A stretch of DNA of 64,000 bases. Source: an uncultured Pseudomonadota bacterium. GTDB taxonomy: Bacteria > Pseudomonadota > Gammaproteobacteria > Ga0077536. A program made the position numbers and the translations under genes. Positions 47,874 to 56,579 of the stretch are shown one piece after another. Within the stretch, counting starts at the first letter, position 1. Each line of letters begins with the position of its first letter. The notes below the pieces were generated by a model. That model ran no database searches, was not told the origin of the DNA, and saw only the letters and a program-made list of their open reading frames with translations. Location: assembly GCA_902551695.1 (NCBI GenBank), contig CACDEI010000001.1, positions 17,564-81,563 of the forward strand, given 5' to 3'.

Positions 47874-49445
47874 ATGTCAGTTAATTTAGATCGCATTTTA
47901 ATAATTGATTATGGCTCCCAATACACGCAGCTAATAGCTAGAAGGGTTAGGGAAGTAGGGATATACAGCGAGATTTACCCCCCCAATATTTCTAAAGAAA
48001 AGATGGGGGATTTTCGGCCTAGCGGAGTGATACTATCAGGTAGTCCTGATTCAGTCTCAAATGATACAGTTGATGTTGAAGGGTTACCTTTATTTGTCGC
48101 TCTTGGAGTACCCATCCTTGGGATATGTTTTGGTATGCAGAGTCTAGCCTGTTATACCGGAGGAGAGGTGGAAACAAGTCAAGAAAAAGAGTTTGGATTT
48201 GCGCAGGTGCGAGCAAGGGGACATTCTCGACTACTAGAAGGCATTCAGGATGCCACTAATGAGAGTAAGCACGGTCTTCTAGATGTTTGGATGAGCCATG
48301 GGGATAGTGTAACAAAGCTTCCTCCTGGCTTTAAGGTGATCGCTTCTACCTTGAATACTCCCATAGCAGGGATCGCTGATGAAGTTAGAAAATTTTATGG
48401 ATTGCAGTTTCACCCAGAAGTAACACATACCAAACGCGGTAAGGAAATCTTGGAACGATTTTGTGTAGAGATATGTGGTTGCGCTAAATCATGGAGTACT
48501 GAGGATTTTATCAAAAGTAGTTTAAGATCTATCGAGGGAGAGATAGGCACTGAAAAAGTTCTACTTGGCCTTTCGGGAGGGGTTGATTCGTCTGTAGCAG
48601 CGTCTCTTTTGCACAAAGCGATAGGAGATCAATTAATTTGCGTATTTGTAGACAATGGTTTGTTGAGATTAGGGGAAGCTGAGCAAGTCATAAATACTTT
48701 TCAAGAATCTATGGGTTTAAACATTCGTTTTGTTAATGCTCAGAACGAATTTCTGGAGGCATTAGCTGGCGTAACTGATCCTGAAGAAAAGAGAAAGATT
48801 ATCGGAAAAAAGTTTATTGAGGTTTTTGAGCGGGAATCGCTCACAATAGCTGGGGTATCTTGGTTAGCTCAAGGGACAATTTATCCAGATGTCATTGAAT
48901 CAGCGGCAGATGGTGCTGGAAGTCACGTGATAAAGTCCCATCACAATGTCGGTGGTCTCCCAGAGCACATGAAGTTGAAATTAATCGAGCCTTTACGTTT
49001 GTTATTTAAAGATGAGGTTAGGAAGGTGGGAAAGGAATTAGGAGTGCCTGACGATATAGTTCTACGGCACCCGTTTCCTGGCCCTGGACTTGCTGTTCGT
49101 GTTTTGGGGGAAGTTAAGTCTAGTTACCTAGAGGTGTTAAGGGAGGCAGATAATATTTTCATAGAGGAAATAAGAGATGCTAATCTCTATCACAAGATAA
49201 GCCAGGCTTTCGCTGTTTTCTTGCCTATTTTCTCTGTAGGAGTTAAAGGTGACGCCCGAAGTTATGAGCATGTCATAGCATTGAGGGCTATCACCACTGA
49301 CGATTTTATGACTGCTGAGTGCGTAGAGCTAGACCAACAATTTTTAGAGAGAGTGGCTGCAAAAATAGTTAATCAAGTTCCTAACGTATCAAGAGTCGTT
49401 TATGACGTTACCAGCAAACCTCCTGGAACGATCGAGTGGGAATAA
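47874..49445 (+). CDS. guaA: GMP synthase (glutamine-hydrolysing)
   Basis: 523 aa; GATase ICFGMQ plus ATP-PPase SGGVDSSV motif. Confidence 0.98.
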   Translation: MSVNLDRILIIDYGSQYTQLIARRVREVGIYSEIYPPNISKEKMGDFRPSGVILSGSPDSVSNDTVDVEGLPLFVALGVPILGICFGMQSLACYTGGEVETSQEKEFGFAQVRARGHSRLLEGIQDATNESKHGLLDVWMSHGDSVTKLPPGFKVIASTLNTPIAGIADEVRKFYGLQFHPEVTHTKRGKEILERFCVEICGCAKSWSTEDFIKSSLRSIEGEIGTEKVLLGLSGGVDSSVAASLLHKAIGDQLICVFVDNGLLRLGEAEQVINTFQESMGLNIRFVNAQNEFLEALAGVTDPEEKRKIIGKKFIEVFERESLTIAGVSWLAQGTIYPDVIESAADGAGSHVIKSHHNVGGLPEHMKLKLIEPLRLLFKDEVRKVGKELGVPDDIVLRHPFPGPGLAVRVLGEVKSSYLEVLREADNIFIEEIRDANLYHKISQAFAVFLPIFSVGVKGDARSYEHVIALRAITTDDFMTAECVELDQQFLERVAAKIVNQVPNVSRVVYDVTSKPPGTIEWE

Positions 49446-49518
49446 ACAAAAAACCATGAAGAAAATGACTTCGATTAAGGAGTGATTCGAAAATTAATGT
49501 TGGAAAAAAAATATTATT

Positions 49519-49905
49519 TTGAAAAATGATTGTCCTTTTTGTCGTGTGGATCCTTCCCGTATTATCTTCGAGAATCGGTTTTGTTTTGCAGTAAGAGATC
49601 GTGCGCCAATTACAAAATTACATACTCTGATAGTTACAAAAAGGCATATAGTCGACTACTTCAGTTTAAATCAAGAGGAAAACGAATCCATCTGGAAAAT
49701 GATAAACAGCCTCAAAGAAAACATCATAAAAATCGATCCTGCGGTTACCGCGTTTAATATTGGCTGTAATGCGGGTAAAGACGCAGGGCAAACCGTCTTT
49801 CATTTCCACTTCCATTTAATCCCTAGACGTCATCTAGAGCAAAGTAAGGTAACAGATGCGGTTGCGGGAGATTTTTGTTTTTCGCAACCCGAAAAAAGAA
49901 GGTAA
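49519..49905 (+). CDS. HIT-family (histidine triad) protein
   Basis: 128 aa; TTG start; HFHFHLIP histidine triad. Confidence 0.8.
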   Translation: MKNDCPFCRVDPSRIIFENRFCFAVRDRAPITKLHTLIVTKRHIVDYFSLNQEENESIWKMINSLKENIIKIDPAVTAFNIGCNAGKDAGQTVFHFHFHLIPRRHLEQSKVTDAVAGDFCFSQPEKRR

Positions 49906-49909
49906 GTCG

Positions 49910-50785
49910 ATGACAGTCTTAGGCATATCAGGAGGAACAGGTTTCTGTGGCCAGGAGATCATCAAGCGTTCGATCCAGAAGAATATAAAGGTGGTATCTT
50001 ACCAGCGATCAAAGAAGAAAAAGTGTGACTATAAAGTAAGCGAATTTAGTTTGGAGAATGTTGCGAAAATCGACGTTTCTCTTCTAGATGGAGTGGACAC
50101 CTTTGTACACGGTGCAGCTTTGGTTCATAAGAAAGAGACAAACAGGAAGTACCAATCCCTTAATTTTTTGGCAACCAAAATGTTGTTTCAAATGTGCGCT
50201 GAAGCGGGTGTCAAGAAGTTTGTTTTTTTCAGTACAGTGGGCGTTTACGGGTTAACGTCAGCCACGAAGAGCTTGAATCTTAAATCAAAGTTATCACCAA
50301 AAACTCCTTACTCGAAGTCGAAATTGGATGCCGAAAAATTTTTGGTTGAAAACTCCTCCTCATACGGTGTCGAAGTCCTCATCTTAAGGTTGCCACTAGT
50401 ATATGGAGAAGAGGCTCCAGGAAATCTCGGTTTGTTGAAAAAAATTATCAACTGGCGGGTTCCTCTTCCTTTCAAGGGTGTTGACAATAGGCGTTCGATT
50501 ATTTCGGTGGAAACGCTCGCTAATGTAGTGACAGACTATGTACTAGGTAAGGTAAAATGGCAGGGAGTTGAACTGATAACCGAACCTCAACCGCTCTCAA
50601 CTGAATCCATTGTTTCAAAGTTAAACAAAAATGAACCGATTATTCTCTTTTCCGTTCCTAAAAAAGTAATGAAATTCATATTTTTACTAGCCAAAAAAAA
50701 GATGCTCTACGAGAAATTGTTTGAGGATTTGGTTTTTGAGTCTTCTCAGAGCGTGTTGGATTTTGTCGAAAAAGAGTTAAAATGA
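49910..50785 (+). CDS. NAD(P)-dependent epimerase/dehydratase family protein (SDR)
   Basis: ATG at 49910 (MTVLGISGGTGFCGQ Rossmann GxxGxxG) with an AAGGTAAG Shine-Dalgarno; the track ORF 49856.. overlaps the HIT gene. Confidence 0.7.
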   Translation: MTVLGISGGTGFCGQEIIKRSIQKNIKVVSYQRSKKKKCDYKVSEFSLENVAKIDVSLLDGVDTFVHGAALVHKKETNRKYQSLNFLATKMLFQMCAEAGVKKFVFFSTVGVYGLTSATKSLNLKSKLSPKTPYSKSKLDAEKFLVENSSSYGVEVLILRLPLVYGEEAPGNLGLLKKIINWRVPLPFKGVDNRRSIISVETLANVVTDYVLGKVKWQGVELITEPQPLSTESIVSKLNKNEPIILFSVPKKVMKFIFLLAKKKMLYEKLFEDLVFESSQSVLDFVEKELK

Positions 50786-50822
50786 CTCGAGCAGTTGAAT
50801 ACCATATAGTCAGGAGGGGGCG

Positions 50823-51191
50823 ATGGAATTTCCAAGTTTAGATTTTATAGTAGGTTTGAGAGGAAAACTCAACGCAAATAAGAAATTCAATTTAGTCAGT
50901 AAATGGTCAGATGTGAAGATTATGTTATGTTTTGGAGACAAGGCTTATTGGTTGAAACTTTATGGTGGAAAAGTGATAGATCATATGGAGTACTTTCCCA
51001 TGGCAAATCCGCTTGGTTGGGATTACAAGATTGAGGCGACGATGGAAAATTGGCTGTCACTTCGGAAAGGTGATCGTCATGTTGGACATTTTCTAGACAC
51101 TGGAGATATCTCTGTCGATGGTGATCTCTTACAGGCAAATCGTATGTACGAATCAAATCAGATGATTTTAATAGCTATACGGGATCTTTAG
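50823..51191 (+). CDS. Hypothetical protein, possibly SCP2 sterol-carrier-like domain
   Basis: 122 aa; C-terminal pattern ATMENWLSL..DRHVGHFLDTGDISVDGDLLQANRM resembles the SCP2 C-terminus (weak, by eye). Confidence 0.4.
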   Translation: MEFPSLDFIVGLRGKLNANKKFNLVSKWSDVKIMLCFGDKAYWLKLYGGKVIDHMEYFPMANPLGWDYKIEATMENWLSLRKGDRHVGHFLDTGDISVDGDLLQANRMYESNQMILIAIRDL

Positions 51192-51205
51192 AGAAGGAGG
51201 GGGAA

Positions 51206-52021
51206 ATGGGACACGAAATTACTGGACGTTATACAGAGGTTCTTAATACAAGAGCTTATTACGATATTTGTGGAGAGGGAATACCTCTTATTTGTATTCA
51301 TATGGGTTGGGCATGTTCGCTCCAATGGTACAAATTTATGCCTATAATGGCAGATGCAGGTTTTAAAGTAATAGCTCCCGATTTGCCTGGCCACGCAAAG
51401 TCCATGCCCGTTAATTGGGAACCTTTTCGAAAAATGTCCGAGTACGCTGAATGGGTATGGGAGTTCATATCGATTGTTTGTCCCGGTGAAAAGCCGGTCG
51501 TTTGCGGAAGTGGGATAGGTGGTGACATGACGTTAAATATAGCCTGTAACCATCCCACAGATATTCTAGCAGGGATGGCTTTCGAAGCGGCTGCGAATAC
51601 TGGGTCAATTTCTTTTTTGTCAGGTTACAACGATCCTCATAGTTTTCCAGGGTTTGCTGCATTGGTTGACAATGCTTCTACGTCGGCTATGTATTATCCA
51701 TGCGACGAGGAGATAGTTTTAGAATCAAAATGGCAACACCGTTGTACTTATCAGGAAACTTGTGTGGCTGATATGGATGCTTGGAATGATCATGATGTGA
51801 GAGAAGATCTCAAAAATATAAGAAGCCCCATTTTTCTGTTCAAAGGGGAGGCTGATTACCATATCTCTGAAAAAGCTGTCCAAGAGACTATAAAAATGAT
51901 TCCTGATGGTTTGGCTGAAGGTGGTATAGCGGAGGGTATGGGGCATTTAATCATGATGGAACAACCAGAGAAATTGGCCTCCGCCTGCCTTAAATTCCTG
52001 AAAAATAGGTCGATTGTTTAA
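51206..52021 (+). CDS. Alpha/beta-hydrolase fold protein
   Basis: 271 aa; HMGWACS...VIAPDLPGHAKS N-terminal signature; C-terminal GHLIMMEQPE catalytic-His region; atypical nucleophile elbow VCGSGIGG. Confidence 0.7.
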   Translation: MGHEITGRYTEVLNTRAYYDICGEGIPLICIHMGWACSLQWYKFMPIMADAGFKVIAPDLPGHAKSMPVNWEPFRKMSEYAEWVWEFISIVCPGEKPVVCGSGIGGDMTLNIACNHPTDILAGMAFEAAANTGSISFLSGYNDPHSFPGFAALVDNASTSAMYYPCDEEIVLESKWQHRCTYQETCVADMDAWNDHDVREDLKNIRSPIFLFKGEADYHISEKAVQETIKMIPDGLAEGGIAEGMGHLIMMEQPEKLASACLKFLKNRSIV

Positions 52022-52029
52022 AAATCTCT

Positions 52030-52060
52030 GATAAAAACCTCTCAAAAGGTAGTTTTTATC
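52030..52060 (+). terminator. Candidate stem-loop terminator (9-bp AT-rich stem GATAAAAAC / GTTTTTATC)
   Basis: Perfect 9-bp inverted repeat 9 nt after the hydrolase stop; the 3' arm is itself T-rich. Confidence 0.35.
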
Positions 52061-52232
52061 ACCATATAGTCGATTTTTAAAAACGAACGCTAGCAATTTA
52101 GGTTCTTTTATGGCATAAATAACCAATCTAGTTGAATTCGGTATGAATCGGACTTAATTAAATTCTCTGTTGAGTAGAGAAACTTACATTTAGTCTAAGT
52201 GATTTAACCGACTTTTCAGGAGGGGTTTTATT

Positions 52233-52322
52233 ATGGAGTCTTTTGAAGGTGTTTTGTTAACTCTTTTTTGGTTGGCCTTGGCAGTCCGCTTATTACCTAA
52301 AAAAAGGTTTGGAAGATGGTAA
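52233..52322 (+). CDS. Small hydrophobic ORF (29 aa) with a strong RBS
   Basis: AGGAGGGG 7 nt upstream of the ATG; MESFEGVLLTLFWLALAVRLLPKKRFGRW*; ends in an A7 run; stop overlaps the next ORF start (ATGGTAA). Confidence 0.35.
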   Translation: MESFEGVLLTLFWLALAVRLLPKKRFGRW

Positions 52323-52525
52323 TCGGTAGCTTATTTTTGTCTCTTGGAAAATTGATCTTTTGGTGGATTTTGGGGCGAGTTCGATGGAGACTGGTACGTT
52401 TAAGTTTAGAACTAACTTTAAAATATTGTTTGAAGAGTGTTCGACGTCATCGCGGGTCTCGTGAATACAAACTAAATGAACTGAGAGATATTCACTCTAC
52501 TCTGCGCCTATTATCTAACCCATAG
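52316..52525 (+). CDS. Small ORF (69 aa): N-terminal TM helix plus Arg/Lys-rich tail; may be the -1-frame continuation of the preceding ORF
   Basis: ORF track; MVIGSLFLSLGKLIFWWILG then RVRWRLVRL...; lies in the -1 frame relative to ORF 52233-52322 downstream of the A7 tract. Confidence 0.3.
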   Translation: MVIGSLFLSLGKLIFWWILGRVRWRLVRLSLELTLKYCLKSVRRHRGSREYKLNELRDIHSTLRLLSNP

Positions 52526-52623
52526 GTTTTTTACACTTTTTTTGTGGGTTAATTGCATCCCTGTTCGTTTAAGTGTTGGGTTTCTGTTACCTTCTATCCG
52601 GATGAGGTGGAAAAGGTAAATAA

Positions 52624-53445
52624 ATGTTAGACCAATTGTTGAATGGGCAGTTAATAGCCTCGGAGAAAAGTAATGAGAAGGATCTGTTCTCCCATTGGAA
52701 CGCGTATAACTTCTATAGGTTAAGTTCTCCTGATATTTCGATTAAGTTCTCAGCTGAGTCTATCTCTTTAGAGGGCATATTCGTGGCGGGCTACCAATCT
52801 GCTCTACATGCTTTGTTCCCGGATAAAGAATGGCGGGGGTGGTCCAGTTTTTTATTTAGTGAACAGCCCGATGAAAATGCAGAAATGTTACCCACCACTT
52901 TAAAAAAAGATGGTCTAGTCTATTTTTTGTCAGGATCAAAAAGTTGGGTGGCCCATTCGGAATATGCTGGGCGACTTATTGTTACCCTCAAACCGGGTAA
53001 TGATAACCCTGAAGATAGCGGTGGGGTCATTATTCGTGACAAAGATATTGGCGTGTCTATAAATAATCATAATTCGGTAAAAATTTTGAATAATATAAGT
53101 CAAGGTTGCGCAATATTTGACAGAGTTAAGGTCGAAGATAACCAATTTTTTAAGAAATCATTAATTCGAGAATTTAAAAAAGTAGAATCGGATTATATGA
53201 TTCTATCCATATTGTCTTTCTTTTTGTCTAATAAATTTTCAATGGGAAAAAAACCAGAAGATAATTTGAAGTCGCTCTGTAGTGACTATTATTGGTATTT
53301 AAAAAAATCCGAAAGTGAGCCATGGAGAAAGTCAAGTTCTCTTCGAGTTCGAGCTAAAGAGTATATCCTCAAAAACATTGAAGATAATGTAATTTCTACT
53401 GTAGATTGGAGTAAAGATAAAAGATTGTTTCATATGTATCTTTAA
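52624..53445 (+). CDS. Hypothetical protein, AT- and Lys-rich; weak acyl-CoA-dehydrogenase-like motif
   Basis: 273 aa; KDGLVYFLSGSKSWVAHSEYA resembles the ACAD middle-domain motif (G-x-K-x-W-I-T/S); no other recognisable motifs. Confidence 0.45.
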   Translation: MLDQLLNGQLIASEKSNEKDLFSHWNAYNFYRLSSPDISIKFSAESISLEGIFVAGYQSALHALFPDKEWRGWSSFLFSEQPDENAEMLPTTLKKDGLVYFLSGSKSWVAHSEYAGRLIVTLKPGNDNPEDSGGVIIRDKDIGVSINNHNSVKILNNISQGCAIFDRVKVEDNQFFKKSLIREFKKVESDYMILSILSFFLSNKFSMGKKPEDNLKSLCSDYYWYLKKSESEPWRKSSSLRVRAKEYILKNIEDNVISTVDWSKDKRLFHMYL

Positions 53446-53479
53446 TAGCAGGCTTGAAATGGGAAACATTGAGGTATGA

Positions 53480-54340
53480 ATGGAAGTACGCAAACTATTG
53501 TTCAATAGTGATAATGCCACATTGCATGGTGAATTAATCTCATCAGGAGATGGGGTTGCCCGCCCGACTATTGTGATGAGCCATGGCTTATCGGGAATAT
53601 TTGCCATGGATTTACCTTTCTATGCTGACCATTTCGTAAAAAGAGGTTTCACATGTTTTATGTATGACCACAGAAATTGGGGTTTAAGTTCGGGTTGGCC
53701 TAGATGCGAGACCGATCCCTGGCGACAGATTTCTGACATGCGGGAGGCTATATCCTTTGTAAGACAGAGGCCAGAAGTTCACTCTGAGAAGATTGGTCTA
53801 TGGGGAACTAGTTATTCTGGAGGACACGTTTTAACTGTAGGCGCACTTGATATGAGGGTCACTTGTATCGTTTCCCAGGTGCCGTTAATAAGTGGTTCAA
53901 GAACTTTTGAGAAATGGATTCCAGAAGAAAAAAAGAAAGAATTCCTTGAAAGGATAATGAAAGATCTTAATTCGCGTGCAGAAGGGGCTATCCCCCAAAC
54001 AACGAAGGCGGCTTTGGTAGGCTCGGAGACTGAAGAATGGGTGAAAAGTAGTGATATTCGAAATCGATATGTTAACCAAATAACTTTGAGGACATTTGAT
54101 TTAATGCGTACCTATGAGCCGCTGCAATTCGTAAATATGATCGAAAAACCGGTAGCATTGATTGTGGCGAAAGAGGATACCCAAACACCAGTTGAGTGGC
54201 AGGTAGAAGCCTTTGAAAAAATTCGAGCGACCAAGAAACTATACCCTATTGAAGGCCGACACTACGATGTCTATGGAAAGTACAAACAAGCTGCTGCTGA
54301 AGCAGCTTCAGAGTGGTTTTCGTTATATCTTCTAAAGTAA
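53480..54340 (+). CDS. Alpha/beta hydrolase (dienelactone-hydrolase/BAAT-like)
   Basis: 286 aa; IVMSHGLSG oxyanion region and LWGTSYSGGH nucleophile elbow. Confidence 0.7.
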   Translation: MEVRKLLFNSDNATLHGELISSGDGVARPTIVMSHGLSGIFAMDLPFYADHFVKRGFTCFMYDHRNWGLSSGWPRCETDPWRQISDMREAISFVRQRPEVHSEKIGLWGTSYSGGHVLTVGALDMRVTCIVSQVPLISGSRTFEKWIPEEKKKEFLERIMKDLNSRAEGAIPQTTKAALVGSETEEWVKSSDIRNRYVNQITLRTFDLMRTYEPLQFVNMIEKPVALIVAKEDTQTPVEWQVEAFEKIRATKKLYPIEGRHYDVYGKYKQAAAEAASEWFSLYLLK

Positions 54341-54382
54341 GAGACTATAGATGTTATCAGGTAGAAGTCGTTTCTAGATCTT

Positions 54383-54880
54383 ATGGAAGATGATTCAAAA
54401 TTTATGCGTTTGGCCATAGCGCTGGCAAAACAAGCTGAAAAAGAAGGAGAGGTGCCTGTTGGAGCGATTCTGGTACGGGGTGACGAGATTGTGGCAAGCG
54501 GTTATAATCAGGTTATAAAAAAGCATGACCCTACTGCGCACGCTGAAATGGAAGCCTTGAGATTAGCTGGTTCTGTTGTCAACAATTATCGCTTGAAAGA
54601 CCTCACCCTTTACGTAACTCTGGAGCCTTGTCCGATGTGTGCTGGGGCTATCATTCATTCGAGAGTGGACAGGGTCGTTTTTGGTGCATTTGATAAAAGG
54701 ACTGGAGCCGCAGGTTCAGCGTTTGAGATATTAGGAAATAGTAAACTAAATCATCGGCCGTCTGTTGTGGGAGGAATAGAGGCAATAGAATGTGGTGAGT
54801 TACTCAAAGCTTTCTTTAGAGAGAAGAGGGGCAAGCCGGATGACTCAATTAGAGGGAAATTCCATGAAATTGTCTCTTGA
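54383..54880 (+). CDS. tadA: tRNA-specific adenosine deaminase
   Basis: 165 aa; HAEMEAL and PCPMCAGA zinc-binding motifs. Confidence 0.93.
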   Translation: MEDDSKFMRLAIALAKQAEKEGEVPVGAILVRGDEIVASGYNQVIKKHDPTAHAEMEALRLAGSVVNNYRLKDLTLYVTLEPCPMCAGAIIHSRVDRVVFGAFDKRTGAAGSAFEILGNSKLNHRPSVVGGIEAIECGELLKAFFREKRGKPDDSIRGKFHEIVS

Positions 54881-55340
54881 ACTGGCAGAATTACTCCTTA
54901 AGAAAGAATATAAGATTGGTTTGGCTGAATCCTGTACCGGGGGTGGTATTGCCAAGGTCCTGACCGATTTACCTGGGAGTTCAAATTGGTTTGAACTAGG
55001 AGTAGTGACCTACTCTAATGAGGCGAAGGAGAAAATATTAGGTGTCTCCAAGTCCTTATTGGAATCGTATGGGGCTGTAAGTGAGCCTGTGGCAAAAGCG
55101 ATGGTGGAAGGGGTAGTAAAGTTATCAGAGGCTGATGTTAGTATTTCTGTTACCGGGATTGCAGGACCCGGCGGGGGAACGAAAGAGAAGCCCGTAGGAA
55201 CGGTTTGTTTTGGTTTCCACAATCTTATTCAAGGAATAAGGGTGGAAACTATGCATTTTTCAGGAGATCGCCCCAGCATTAGGCATCAAGCCGTGAAGTA
55301 TGCTTTAAAGACCACTCTCTATGACCTATTGGAATGTTAA
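54864..55340 (+). CDS. pncC: CinA C-terminal domain / nicotinamide-nucleotide amidohydrolase PncC
   Basis: ATG at 54864 (MKLSLELAELL...GLAESCTGG) with an AGAGGGA Shine-Dalgarno; overlaps the tadA 3' end by 17 nt; position upstream of recA as ygaD/pncC in E. coli. Confidence 0.85.
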   Translation: MKLSLELAELLLKKEYKIGLAESCTGGGIAKVLTDLPGSSNWFELGVVTYSNEAKEKILGVSKSLLESYGAVSEPVAKAMVEGVVKLSEADVSISVTGIAGPGGGTKEKPVGTVCFGFHNLIQGIRVETMHFSGDRPSIRHQAVKYALKTTLYDLLEC

Positions 55341-55503
55341 CAGGAGCAAAATATAGGCGTTTCCCATAAGTTTATCTCCTCCTCCGGTACTCTGCCGGTT
55401 AAAAGTCAAAAATCAGGAATTTTAATGCTTGGCGTAAATCGTTTAGTTGTATAATAGTCCTACGTCACTAAATCCGTAATGCCCTAAAATAAGGAAAGAA
55501 AAA

Positions 55504-56535
55504 ATGGATCAAAATAAGGAAAAAGCCCTCGGGGCGGCCCTGTCCCAGATTGAGAAACAATTTGGTTCAGGTTCGATTATGCGAATGGGTACTGATGAAG
55601 TAGTTTCTTCAGTCGAAGCTGTGTCAACTGGCTCTCTTTCCATCGATATTGCTCTTGGAATTGGAGGGCTTCCTAAAGGGAGAGTGGTTGAAATTTATGG
55701 GCCAGAATCCTCAGGAAAAACCACTCTCACCTTGCATGTTGTGGCCGAGATTCAAAAATTAGGTGGCACGGCAGCCTTTGTTGATGCTGAACATGCTTTA
55801 GATCCAGTGTACGCAGGCAAAGTGGGTGTCGATGTTGAGAATTTGTTGGTCTCTCAACCAGACACGGGAGAACAAGCATTAGAAATCACAGATATGTTGG
55901 TCAGGTCAGGTGCTGTTGATTTGGTGGTTGTTGATTCGGTAGCAGCATTGACGCCCAAAGCCGAGATAGAGGGAGATATGGGCGACAGCCATGTTGGTTT
56001 GCAAGCCAGATTAATGTCCCAAGCGTTGCGTAAACTAACGGGTAACATAAAACGCTCGAACACTTTGGTAATTTTTATTAATCAAATAAGAATGAAAATA
56101 GGAGTGATGTTTGGTAGCCCTGAGACAACGACTGGAGGCAATGCCCTAAAGTTTTATTCCTCTGTGCGTCTCGACATTAGAAGAATTGGTGCCTTGAAAA
56201 AAGGAGACGAAATAATAGGCAACGAAACTAGAGTGAAAGTGGTGAAAAACAAGGTTGCCCCTCCTTTTAGACAAGCCGTTTTTGATATTATGTACAACGA
56301 GGGGATTTCCAGGGAGAGTGAATTGATAGAGCTTGGAGTCGAGCATGATATCGTCGAAAAAACGGGGGCATGGTACAGTTATAAGGGCGACCGATTAGGG
56401 CAAGGTAAAGAAAACGTCAGACAGTTTCTTAAAGATTCACCTGAGGTGGCGGCTGAAATTGAAAAACTGATACGAGAAAAAGTAATACCAGTTAGTAAAG
56501 TTGAGTTAGAGGCTGAGCAGGAGGAAGAATCCTGA
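55504..56535 (+). CDS. recA: Recombinase RecA
   Basis: 343 aa; Walker [10 protein letters not shown]; highly conserved. Confidence 0.99.
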   Translation: MDQNKEKALGAALSQIEKQFGSGSIMRMGTDEVVSSVEAVSTGSLSIDIALGIGGLPKGRVVEIYGPESSGKTTLTLHVVAEIQKLGGTAAFVDAEHALDPVYAGKVGVDVENLLVSQPDTGEQALEITDMLVRSGAVDLVVVDSVAALTPKAEIEGDMGDSHVGLQARLMSQALRKLTGNIKRSNTLVIFINQIRMKIGVMFGSPETTTGGNALKFYSSVRLDIRRIGALKKGDEIIGNETRVKVVKNKVAPPFRQAVFDIMYNEGISRESELIELGVEHDIVEKTGAWYSYKGDRLGQGKENVRQFLKDSPEVAAEIEKLIREKVIPVSKVELEAEQEEES

Positions 56536-56579
56536 TCAGTAAAATTAACGGCACTTCTCTGCGCCCTTATCTTTTAAAG

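Noticed and set aside
55341-55503. LexA box upstream of recA
   Set aside because: No CTGT-N8-ACAG dyad or other clean palindrome was found. This is reported as an absence, not as a feature.
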